Assembly (NCBI GenBank): GCA_963822965.1
Contig: CAWGJT010000001.1
Coordinates: forward strand, 64,001 to 128,000
Direction of reading: 5' to 3'
Source of the DNA: an uncultured delta proteobacterium
Lineage (GTDB): Bacteria > Myxococcota_A > UBA9160 > UBA4427
Length of the DNA: 64,000 nucleotides
The position numbers and the translations under genes are program-made. Each line of letters begins with the position of its first letter. Within the stretch, counting starts at the first letter, position 1. Shown here piece by piece: positions 44,265 to 52,905 of the stretch. The notes under the pieces are model-generated. The model saw only the letters and a list, made by a program, of their open reading frames with translations, ran no database searches and was not told where the DNA came from.

Positions 44265-44627
44265 TTATGGGGCGGCGGATTCTCCGCTGTCGCGGACGGA
44301 GGCATTCACCAGGTCGCGCAGCCGCTTGCGTGTCTTCCCTGCGCTCTCGTCACGGTCCCCATGGTGGAAGAGCACCACGAAGCCGGGGCGTGTGCCCGTA
44401 TCCCTCCGGAGCACCCGACCCGTCAGTCGCAGGATCTCGGGGTTGCCGGGCAGATCCAGGACCAGTCGTGCGGGCTGGCCCACGTCAGGAGGATCGGGCG
44501 CGAACAGATAGATCCCGTCCTCGGAGATGTCCCGGGTCTCCAGGAACACCTGCCGCTCGGCGTCCTCGTAGGCCGCCTCGACCCGGATCGAAGCCCGGGG
44601 TTGAACCCGACGTTGACTCCAGCCCAT
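44265..44627 (-). CDS. Stand-alone PilZ domain protein
   Basis: QRRVQPR (RxxxR) and RDISEDG (DxSxxG) c-di-GMP-binding motifs. Confidence 0.85.
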   Translation of the reverse strand: MGWSQRRVQPRASIRVEAAYEDAERQVFLETRDISEDGIYLFAPDPPDVGQPARLVLDLPGNPEILRLTGRVLRRDTGTRPGFVVLFHHGDRDESAGKTRKRLRDLVNASVRDSGESAAP

Positions 44628-44689
44628 GCGCAGCTCATCGGCAACTCGTGGTCAAGGCCTGAGCATGGGGCCTTGCCACCCCGATCTCG

Positions 44690-45217
44690 TCACAGCTTTC
44701 CGGGGATGATCCACCAGCGCCCGTCGCTGCGCTCCCAGCGGTCTGTGCGGGTGAGGTCCACCGTCCACCAGCGCAGCGGCAGCGAGTTCTCGCCCCGGTA
44801 GCGAACGGTGACCAGGGCAACGTCGGGCTCGAGCACGTCGATCTGCTCGAGGTCGAGCGAGGTCGGCCGCAGGGCGTCGAAGTGGGCCTCCTCGAGGGCG
44901 TCCGCGAGCGCGGCGAAGTAGTCGGCGAAGGCCTCGGGGGCCCCGAAGAGCTCTCGAAGGGCCGGATCGTGGTAGGTGGCGATGCTGTTGAAGCGGCGGT
45001 TGAGGATGCGCGTGTAGAAGACGCGCGCGAGCCTCTCCACGTCCTGCGAAGCCTCGCCCGCCGTCCCCGTGACCACGGGAGGCGGTCCGTCGTACTCGCC
45101 CCGCTCCACCGGGTCCAGGGGACGCGGCTCGAAGTCCGAGGGAAACGGCGACCCGCAGGCCAGCAGTCCGTGCCAGGCGACGCAGCACGCGAGCAGCGGG
45201 CCGAGGCGAAACCTCAC
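44690..45217 (-). CDS. Hypothetical lipoprotein
   Basis: Lipobox LLA|CGS; GTG overlaps the ppdK stop. Confidence 0.65.
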   Translation of the reverse strand: MRFRLGPLLACCVAWHGLLACGSPFPSDFEPRPLDPVERGEYDGPPPVVTGTAGEASQDVERLARVFYTRILNRRFNSIATYHDPALRELFGAPEAFADYFAALADALEEAHFDALRPTSLDLEQIDVLEPDVALVTVRYRGENSLPLRWWTVDLTRTDRWERSDGRWWIIPGKL

Positions 45218-48087
45218 CGCCGGCGCGGCTCCGACCCGTCTCCCAGGAGCGCGGCCTGGGCGGCCGCGAGCCGGGCGAGCGGCACCCGGTAGGGCGAGCA
45301 CGAGACGTAGTCGAGGCCCACTCGCGCGAAGAAGCGGATGCTCTTCGGATCTCCGCCGTGCTCGCCGCAGATGCCCAGCTTGAGGTCGGGCCGGGTGGCG
45401 CGACCGCGCCGCGCCCCCAGCTCGACGAGCTGCCCGATCCCCTCCTGGTCGATGGAGACGAAGGGGTCGTCCTCCAGGATGCCCATCTCGAGGTAGTCCG
45501 GCAGGAACTTGCCCACGTCGTCCCGGGAGAGCGCGTAGCCCATCTGGGTGAGGTCGTTGGTCCCGAAGGAGAAGAAGTCGGCGTGCCGCGCGATGACATC
45601 GGCGGTGAGGGCCGCGCGCGGCACCTCGATCATCGTCCCGATGCTGGGGCGGACCCGGGTGCCCGGGAAGGCCGTCCGCACCTCGGCGATCGTCTTCTCG
45701 GCCTGCTCGCGCAGGCGCGCGAGCTCACCGTCGTTCGAGACGAGGGGGATCATGATCTCGGGCTTCACCCGGCATCCCTGGGCGGCGACCGCGCAGGCGG
45801 CCTCCGTGATGGCCCGCACCTGCATGGCGTAGATCTCCGGATAGGTCACGCCGATGCGGCAACCCCGGTGGCCGAGCATGGGGTTGAACTCGCGCAGGGC
45901 CTCGAGCTTGGAACGCAGCATGGCCAGGCTGATTCCCAGCGCCGACGCGAGCTCCGCGATGTCCGGCTCCTCGTGGGGCAGGAACTCGTGCAGCGGCGGA
46001 TCGAGCAGGCGAATCGTCACCGGCAGCCCGTCCATGGCCCGGAAGATTCCCTCGAAGTCGCTTCGCTGCATGGGCAGCAGCTCTTCCAGGGCGGGGGCCC
46101 GGTCGAGCTCGTCCGAGGCGAGAATCATGCGCTGCACGGCGAGGATGCGGCCGGGCTCGAAGAACATGTGCTCGGTCCGGCAGAGCCCGATGCCTTCGGC
46201 GCCGAACTCCCGGGCCACGTAGGCGTCCTGGGGGGTATCGGCGTTCGTTCGCACCTTGAGCTTGCGGCAGCGGTCGGCCCACTTCATGAGCTCGTCGAAG
46301 GCGCCTCCGAGCTCGGGCAGCACGGTGGGCGCGCTGCCCAGGATCACCTCCCCGCGGCTCCCGTCGAGGGTGATGGCGTCTCCCTCGCGGACGACGACGT
46401 CGCCCAGGCGCATCAGGCGCGCCTCGTAGTCGATGTCGAGGGCGTCACAGCCCACCACGCAGCACTTGCCCATGCCCCGGGCCACGACCGCCGCGTGCGA
46501 CGTCATGCCGCCGTGCTTCGTCAGCACACCCTCCGACGCGTGCATTCCGAGGATGTCCTCCGGCGAGGTCTCCTTGCGAACCAGGATCACCTTCTCGCCG
46601 CCCTTGGCGCGCGCCTCGGCGACGTCCGCGTCGAAGACGACCTTGCCGACGGCGGCGCCCGGCGAGGCGCCCAGCCCCTCGGCGATCACCTGCAGCTCGC
46701 CGCTGCGGTCCAGGGTCGGGTGGAGCAGCTGGTCCAGGGCGGAGGGGTCCACCCGGAGCAGGGCCTCCTCGCGGGTGATCAGGCGCTCCCGGGCCATGTC
46801 GACGGCGATCTGGACGGCAGCGGGAGGGGTGCGCTTGCCCGTGCGCGTCTGCAGCAGCCACAGCTTGCCTTCCTCGATGGTGAACTCGATGTCCTGCATG
46901 TCGCGGTAGTGCTTCTCGAGCACCTTGTAGATGCGGACGAGCTCGCGATACGCCTGGGGCATCTCATCTTCCAGGGTCGGGAGCCGCGCGGCATGCCCCT
47001 TGCGGCTGGCGGCGTTGATGGGCTGCGGCGTGCGAATGCCGGCCACCACGTCCTCGCCCTGGGCGTTCTTCAGGTACTCGCCGTAGAAGTGGCGCTCCCC
47101 CGTAGCGGGATCCCGGGTGAATGCGACGCCCGTCGCGCAGCGATCGCCCATGTTGCCGAACACCATCGCCTGGACGTTGACGCCGGTACCCCACTCGTCG
47201 GCGATGCCGTTCAGGCGGCGATAGGACCGCGCGCGCTCGTTGTTCCACGAGTGGAAGACCGCGCCCACGGCACCCCAGAGCTGGTCGGCGGGATCCTGGG
47301 GGAACGGCGTCCCCGTGTGCTCGTGGGCGATCTCGAGGAAGTCCGCGACGACCTCCTTCCAGGCTTCGGCGTCGAGCTCGGTGTCGAGCTGGGCGCGCCG
47401 CTGCAGCTTCACGTCGTCGATCCGCTCCTCGAATCGGCCACGCGGCACGCCGAGCACCACGTCCCCGTACATCTGGATGAAGCGCCGGTAGCTGTCGTAG
47501 GCGAAGCGGGCGTCCGCCCGCGCCGCCAGCCCGCGCACGGTGACGTCGTTGAGTCCGAGGTTGAGCACGGTGTCCATCATGCCGGGCATCGACACCCGGG
47601 CACCCGAGCGAACGGAGACCAGCAGCGGGTCGGCGGGATCACCGAAGCCCTTGCCGAGGGCCCGCTCCACCCGGGTCAGGGCGGTCAGGATGTCCGACTT
47701 GACGGCGCGCGACAGCGCGCCCCGCCGGGCGTACTCGCTGCACACCTCGGTGGAGATCGTGAAGCCCGGAGGCACCGGAATGCCCAGGCGCGACATCTCG
47801 GCGAGGTTTGCGCCCTTCCCGCCGAGCAGGTCGCGCATGGCGGCTCCGCCGTCCGCACGTCCGTTGCCGAAGGAGAAGACCCGCCGCGCCGGACGCGCCC
47901 CCCGACTCGACGAGGCCCGGTGGGACGCGGGCTTGCGCTCGCGCGACGTGGCCTTGCGAGCCCCCTTCTGGCTCTGCGCCCGCCGCGAGGGGCCCTTCTT
48001 GGCCGGCGCCTTCTTGCGCGCCGTCTTGCGCACGGGCTTCTTCTTGCGAGCGGACTTCCGGGCCGGCGTCTTCTTGCGGACGCTCAC
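45214..48087 (-). CDS. ppdK: Pyruvate, phosphate dikinase with Lys/Arg-rich N-terminal extension
   Basis: LGGKGANL, SVRSGA..SMPGMMDT, GGMTSHAAVVARG, GLCRTEHMF, GICGEHGG. Confidence 0.97.
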   Translation of the reverse strand: MSVRKKTPARKSARKKKPVRKTARKKAPAKKGPSRRAQSQKGARKATSRERKPASHRASSSRGARPARRVFSFGNGRADGGAAMRDLLGGKGANLAEMSRLGIPVPPGFTISTEVCSEYARRGALSRAVKSDILTALTRVERALGKGFGDPADPLLVSVRSGARVSMPGMMDTVLNLGLNDVTVRGLAARADARFAYDSYRRFIQMYGDVVLGVPRGRFEERIDDVKLQRRAQLDTELDAEAWKEVVADFLEIAHEHTGTPFPQDPADQLWGAVGAVFHSWNNERARSYRRLNGIADEWGTGVNVQAMVFGNMGDRCATGVAFTRDPATGERHFYGEYLKNAQGEDVVAGIRTPQPINAASRKGHAARLPTLEDEMPQAYRELVRIYKVLEKHYRDMQDIEFTIEEGKLWLLQTRTGKRTPPAAVQIAVDMARERLITREEALLRVDPSALDQLLHPTLDRSGELQVIAEGLGASPGAAVGKVVFDADVAEARAKGGEKVILVRKETSPEDILGMHASEGVLTKHGGMTSHAAVVARGMGKCCVVGCDALDIDYEARLMRLGDVVVREGDAITLDGSRGEVILGSAPTVLPELGGAFDELMKWADRCRKLKVRTNADTPQDAYVAREFGAEGIGLCRTEHMFFEPGRILAVQRMILASDELDRAPALEELLPMQRSDFEGIFRAMDGLPVTIRLLDPPLHEFLPHEEPDIAELASALGISLAMLRSKLEALREFNPMLGHRGCRIGVTYPEIYAMQVRAITEAACAVAAQGCRVKPEIMIPLVSNDGELARLREQAEKTIAEVRTAFPGTRVRPSIGTMIEVPRAALTADVIARHADFFSFGTNDLTQMGYALSRDDVGKFLPDYLEMGILEDDPFVSIDQEGIGQLVELGARRGRATRPDLKLGICGEHGGDPKSIRFFARVGLDYVSCSPYRVPLARLAAAQAALLGDGSEPRRR

Positions 48088-49427
48088 CGGCCGCCCTCGA
48101 GCCGCCGGCGCAGGACGTCCGTCAGCTCGGTCGCCGGCACGCGCTCCTGCTCCATGCTGTCGCGCTCGCGCACCGTCACCCGGCCGTCGTCCTGCGAGTC
48201 GAAGTCGTAGGTCACACAGAAGGGAGTGCCCACCTCGTCCTGGCGGCGGTAGCGACGGCCGATGTTGCCGGACTCGTCATAGGCGCAGTTCCAGTACCGG
48301 CGCAGCTGGCTCTCCAGGGCGCGCGCCGGCTCCGCGAGCTTCTTCGAGAGGGGCAGCACCGCCACCTTGATCGGCGCGACGGCCGGGGAGAAGCGCAGCA
48401 CCGTGCGCGTGTCCCCATCGCCGAGGTCCTCCTCGTCGTAGGCGTCCACGAGCAGGGCCAGGCAGGTGCGGTCCACCCCCATCGAGGTCTCGATCACCAT
48501 CGGCGTGAAGCTCTCCCTCGTCTCCGCGTCGGTGACCGCCAGGTCCTTGCCCGAGTACTCGGTGTGCCGCGAGAGATCCCAGTCGCCGCGATCGTGGATG
48601 CCCTCGATCTCCTGCCAGCCGAACGGGAACAGGAACTCGACGTCCTCGGCGGCCTTCGCGTAGTGCGCCAGCTCGGAGGGCTCGTGGGGGCGGCTGCGCA
48701 GCGATTCCTTGGCGAAGCCCAGATCCAGGTGGAACTGCATGCGCTCGGCCCGCCAGTGCTCGAACCATCGCTCCCGCTCGGAGGGGTGCACGAAGAACTC
48801 GAGCTCGGCCTGCTCGAACTCCCGCGAGCGGAAGGTGAAGTTGCGCGGCGTGATCTCGTTGCGGAACGCCTTGCCGATCTGGGCGATTCCGAAGGGAATC
48901 TTCTGGCGCGCCACCTCTCGCACCCGCTTGAAGTCCGTGAAGATGGGCTGGCAGGTCTCCGGACGCAGGTGAGCCACCAGGGAGGCATCCTCGGAGGCAC
49001 CCACCCTCGTCTGCAGCATCAGGTTGAAGTGCCGCGGGGCCGTGAAGTCGTGCTGGGACGTGCCCTCGCGCGAATCGCAGGGACCGGCCTCGTCGAGCTG
49101 GTCCGCCCGGAAGCGCTTCTTGCACGCCTTGCAGTCGACCATCGGGTCGCTGAAGTTCTCGGTGTGCCCGGACGCGTCCCAGGTTCGCGGATGCGTGATG
49201 ATCGCGGAATCGATGCCCACGACGTCGTCCCGCTCCCGAACCACTCGCTGCCACCAGAAGGCCTTCAGGTTGTTCTTGAGCTCGACGCCGAGCGGGCCGT
49301 AGTCCCAGAACCCGTTGATGCCCCCGTAGATCTCGCCCGACGGGAAGACGAACCCCCGCCGGGCGCACAGGGAGACGATCTTGTCCATGCTGACGGGAGA
49401 GGTGACGGGAGAGGCGTTGCGGCTCAT
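48084..49427 (-). CDS. glyQS: Glycine--tRNA ligase, homodimeric (alpha2) type
   Basis: RRGFVFPSGEIYGG, LRPETCQ, GKAFRNEI.PRNF.FRSREFEQ, IGRRYRRQDEVGTP. Confidence 0.95.
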   Translation of the reverse strand: MSRNASPVTSPVSMDKIVSLCARRGFVFPSGEIYGGINGFWDYGPLGVELKNNLKAFWWQRVVRERDDVVGIDSAIITHPRTWDASGHTENFSDPMVDCKACKKRFRADQLDEAGPCDSREGTSQHDFTAPRHFNLMLQTRVGASEDASLVAHLRPETCQPIFTDFKRVREVARQKIPFGIAQIGKAFRNEITPRNFTFRSREFEQAELEFFVHPSERERWFEHWRAERMQFHLDLGFAKESLRSRPHEPSELAHYAKAAEDVEFLFPFGWQEIEGIHDRGDWDLSRHTEYSGKDLAVTDAETRESFTPMVIETSMGVDRTCLALLVDAYDEEDLGDGDTRTVLRFSPAVAPIKVAVLPLSKKLAEPARALESQLRRYWNCAYDESGNIGRRYRRQDEVGTPFCVTYDFDSQDDGRVTVRERDSMEQERVPATELTDVLRRRLEGGR

Positions 49428-49517
49428 GGGGGTCGAGGCGGTTCCCGGGCGGTTTCGGAACGAGCGACCGCGACGTCTGGCGGCGGGCGCCGAGTATCCC
49501 TTGCGGCGCCCCCAGGG

Positions 49518-50354
49518 TCAACCCGAGCGGATTCGCAGCACGTCCGCCAGGAAGCGCTCGCTCCGGAGCTCGATCCCCAGGTGGTAGCGCTGGAAGCGAG
49601 CGACGATCTGCTCCGCCTCCGCGAGCGCCGGGGCCGGGAGGCTCAGGCGCGACAGCTCGCCGAGCGGAAAGCGCAGGCCCTGCTCCAGGGCGCGCAGCGT
49701 CCCCAGGTGGGCGCGAAGCGGTAGGGGCTCTCCTCCCGCACAGCGCGCGCAGACGACGCCGCCTTCGCCCACGTGGAAGGAGACGGGCCCCGGCCCCTGG
49801 CACTCGCGCCCGCAGCGAACGCAGTGACGAAGCTCCGGACGAAGACCCAACGCGTCCAGGGCGCGGAGCTCCACGAGCACGCGGGTGCGCGCGTCCGGCT
49901 GTATGCACTCGAGCGCCCGCAGGGCCTCGAGAGCGAAGTCGAAGATGCCGTGCATCTCCGGCCCGGCGCCCTCCTCCGGTGCCAGACGACCGAGGAGCTC
50001 CGCCACGTAGCAGGCGATCGCGTAGCGGACCGGGTCGTCGCGCAGGGGAAGGAACGGCGACACGAGGCGGGCCCGGTCGAGCAGGGGCATGCCGCCGCGG
50101 CGCCGCGGGTGGATCTTCACCTCGAGATGGTTGAACAGATCCAGACACCCCGGAAAGCGCCGGACGCTGCGGCGCGCGTGCTTCGCCATCGCCGTCACCC
50201 GGCCACGCGCGGGGGTGAGCAGGTGCACGATGAGGTCGGCCTCGCCGAACTCCACGGTGCGGAGCACGATCGCCGGGGTCTCTTCGAGGCTGCGGCGGGA
50301 CTCGGAACGGCCCCGCGGTGCGCGAGGCGCGGCCGACGAAGGCGCCCTACTCAC
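49518..50354 (-). CDS. recO: DNA repair protein RecO
   Basis: AIVLRTVEFGEADLIVHLLT...AKHARRS.RRF; PELRHCVRCG...CARC zinc motif. Confidence 0.92.
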   Translation of the reverse strand: MSRAPSSAAPRAPRGRSESRRSLEETPAIVLRTVEFGEADLIVHLLTPARGRVTAMAKHARRSVRRFPGCLDLFNHLEVKIHPRRRGGMPLLDRARLVSPFLPLRDDPVRYAIACYVAELLGRLAPEEGAGPEMHGIFDFALEALRALECIQPDARTRVLVELRALDALGLRPELRHCVRCGRECQGPGPVSFHVGEGGVVCARCAGGEPLPLRAHLGTLRALEQGLRFPLGELSRLSLPAPALAEAEQIVARFQRYHLGIELRSERFLADVLRIRSG

Positions 50355-50964
50355 CCGTCGGCTGCGCCGCGGCCTTCGGCGCCGCGTCCGGCGAGGCCCC
50401 GGGCTCCTCGGGCTTCTTCGGGATCGGCGCGGCCGCCGGGCTCGGGGACGACGCGGTGGCCGGCTTCGGGGACGACGCGGCGGCGAGGGAGAGCGCGGGG
50501 GCCGGCGACAGAGCGGCCACGCCCTGGGCCTCCGCGAGCGCGCGCACGGGATCGCGGCGGACGACGATCGGTCCCGACCTGCCGGCGGCGGGCGCCTTCG
50601 CGATCGAGATCGCCACCATCTGCACGGCGAGACCGAGGGCGCCCAGCAGCACCAGGAAGGCGGCGGTCGCCAGCACCCGCTTCACCGACAGGCGCGGGGC
50701 CTGGCTGCTGGCCTCGCTGCCTCCGGGCTCGTGCAGGGTTCGGTTCAGGGCCTCGTCGGCGTCGAGCCCGAGGGCGGCGGCGACCGTCCGGACGAAGCCC
50801 CGCACGAATCCGTCCACGTGACCGTCGAAGGAGCCGGCCTCGAGACGCTCCAGGGAGCGCAGCGGAATGCGGGTCTGGCGCGCGAGCTCTTCGACGGTGA
50901 TGCCGCGCAGCCGCCGCTGGGTGGCGAGATAGGCGCCGATCGACTCGGGATGGGACGAGCTCAC
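50347..50964 (-). CDS. RodZ-like XRE-HTH membrane protein
   Basis: IGAYLATQRRLRGITVEELARQTRI...LEAG...FVRGFVR..A..LGLD, one TM, Pro/Ala tail. Confidence 0.8.
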   Translation of the reverse strand: MSSSHPESIGAYLATQRRLRGITVEELARQTRIPLRSLERLEAGSFDGHVDGFVRGFVRTVAAALGLDADEALNRTLHEPGGSEASSQAPRLSVKRVLATAAFLVLLGALGLAVQMVAISIAKAPAAGRSGPIVVRRDPVRALAEAQGVAALSPAPALSLAAASSPKPATASSPSPAAAPIPKKPEEPGASPDAAPKAAAQPTGE

Positions 50965-51037
50965 GGATCGATCCTCGCGCCGTGCTGCCTCGCGCATCGA
51001 TCCGGCCATGATCCCCTCCAGCGGGGCCCGCCCTGGA

Positions 51038-51868
51038 TCAGTAGAGGAGCTTCAGGTACTCCTCGGACTGCTTGCCCCAACGTTCGTACGGCGCCCGCTC
51101 GGCGGCGAGCTTGAAGTACCCCACCGCCTTGTCCCGTCGACCAAGGGACACGTACGCCTCCCCCAGACGATAGTTGGTCTCGGCCTCCGCGCTCCTGCCG
51201 ACGTCGCGCTCCAGCACCTTCTCGAAGTTCACGATGGCCTGAAGCTTGTGGCCTTCCTGGAGCTCGAGGATGCCCAGGTTCAGGCGCGCCGGCCAGTAGT
51301 TCGGGCGAAACGCCAGGGCCTCCTCGAGGCAGCTGCGCGCCTCGCTGTTGTGTCCGAGCTGCAGCTCCGCCCAGCCGCGATTGGTATAGGCCTTCCAGGG
51401 GGCGGCGAAGGTGGGATCGTCGATCAGCACCTGGGAGGCCTCGATCGCCTCGGGGAAGCGCTTGAGCTGGATGTAGAGCCCCGCCAGGTTGAGCAGCAGG
51501 TCCGGGTCGCTGGGGTTCATCTTGCGGGCGATCTCGAAGTGCTCCAGGGCCTTGTCGAGCAGGCCCCGGCGGCGGTAGGCCTCGCCCAGCCAGTGGATGG
51601 TCACCGGGTCCTCGGGGTTGAGCTCGTAGGCGAGCTGAAGCTCCCGGATGGCCATGGGCGTGCGCCCGTTGGCGAGGTGGTCCAGGCCGACGTTCCGCTT
51701 GGCGAGGGCGATCCGCAGGTCCTGCTCGTGCTCCTCGGGCGTCACGTCGGGCGTGGCACAGCCGGCGATCGCCAGGGCCAGGGGCAGCAGGCACAGGGCC
51801 GCCAGCACCCGGCGTCCGCGGTACGGCGTCTTCGCTCGCGAGGGACTCGGTCTCGTAGTGGGCAGCAT
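51038..51868 (-). CDS. TPR lipoprotein, Tgl/PilF (secretin pilotin)-like
   Basis: Lipobox IAG|C; consecutive TPRs; DPTFAAPWKAYTNRG; upstream of the rodZ-like gene. Confidence 0.8.
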   Translation of the reverse strand: MLPTTRPSPSRAKTPYRGRRVLAALCLLPLALAIAGCATPDVTPEEHEQDLRIALAKRNVGLDHLANGRTPMAIRELQLAYELNPEDPVTIHWLGEAYRRRGLLDKALEHFEIARKMNPSDPDLLLNLAGLYIQLKRFPEAIEASQVLIDDPTFAAPWKAYTNRGWAELQLGHNSEARSCLEEALAFRPNYWPARLNLGILELQEGHKLQAIVNFEKVLERDVGRSAEAETNYRLGEAYVSLGRRDKAVGYFKLAAERAPYERWGKQSEEYLKLLY

Positions 51869-51922
51869 TTCTCTTTCCTTTCCGACTCGTCGCCCGGGGC
51901 GGCGAGAAGAAGCCGGGCGTCT

Positions 51923-52666
51923 TCAGAACCGGGCCAGCAGACGCGTGAGCAGGGCCGGCGCCTCGTCCTGCTCCTCGGATCTGCGCCTGCGAACGATCGG
52001 AATGCGGCCGAGCCGGGCGGACATGCCCTCGGGATCGTCCGCGGTGTCTTCGGGCGGCTCCGGCGACCGCCGGAACTTCGTCAGCACACTGGCACCCGCC
52101 GTGGCGGGCTCGTCCGCCGTGGCCTCCGGGGGATCTGCCAGGGGCTCCATGTCCTCGGACGCGACCGCGAGGAGGGGATCGCTGGAGAGAGGCGCGAAGT
52201 CGAGCTCTTCCATCAGCTCGTCCAGCGGGTCCATCAGGTCGTCGAGCAGCAGCGGGGCCTCCCCGACCGGCAGCCCGGGCTCCGCCGCCGGAGGCTCCTC
52301 GCCGACCAGCTCGTACCAGCAGGTCAACGCCCGATCGCGGGCCGCAGGATCGCCCGATTGCAGCATGTCGTCGTCGAACAGGAAGCCCATGCTCTCGGCG
52401 AAGGCCAGACCGGCGTCCATCGCCGGCCCGACCGACCCGGACAGTTCCCCGCGGAAGGCGAACAGCGTGACCGCACCGGAATGCTCGGCCCGCAGCGCCA
52501 CGGACAGCCCCGGCCGGCCCTGGTCGTCCCGGTGCAGCGCGATGAGCGCGCGAGCCGGCCCGACGGGCAGGTCCTCGATGTCCACGACGGGACGGTTCAG
52601 GGACGCGCAGAGCCCGTCCAGGCCGTCTTCGGTGAGCAGAAGGGGCTCGGATCGCCGCACAAACAT
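51923..52666 (-). CDS. Hypothetical protein upstream of the tgl/pilF-like gene
   Basis: SLNRPVV...AFAESMGFLFDD domain, acidic linker, C-terminal LLTRLLARF. Confidence 0.65.
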   Translation of the reverse strand: MFVRRSEPLLLTEDGLDGLCASLNRPVVDIEDLPVGPARALIALHRDDQGRPGLSVALRAEHSGAVTLFAFRGELSGSVGPAMDAGLAFAESMGFLFDDDMLQSGDPAARDRALTCWYELVGEEPPAAEPGLPVGEAPLLLDDLMDPLDELMEELDFAPLSSDPLLAVASEDMEPLADPPEATADEPATAGASVLTKFRRSPEPPEDTADDPEGMSARLGRIPIVRRRRSEEQDEAPALLTRLLARF

Positions 52667-52905
52667 GCGCTGCTCATCGGCAGCCGAAGCGGGACGCTTG
52701 AGCGATCGAGGACGCGCAGGAAAACCCGCCAAGCCCCAGCGGCGCGGCGGCTTTCGCGAGACGCGAAGCCGGGCCTGAAACCGGCCTGGAAGCCCCTCAG
52801 GCCCTTTCGAACCCACCTCAGAGGGATACAATGCCTCCCGCTCCGGGCGGATTTCGCGGGCGCCCGCGGGCTGACACGACCTGCGGAGGAGGAGGCAACA
52901 CACCT

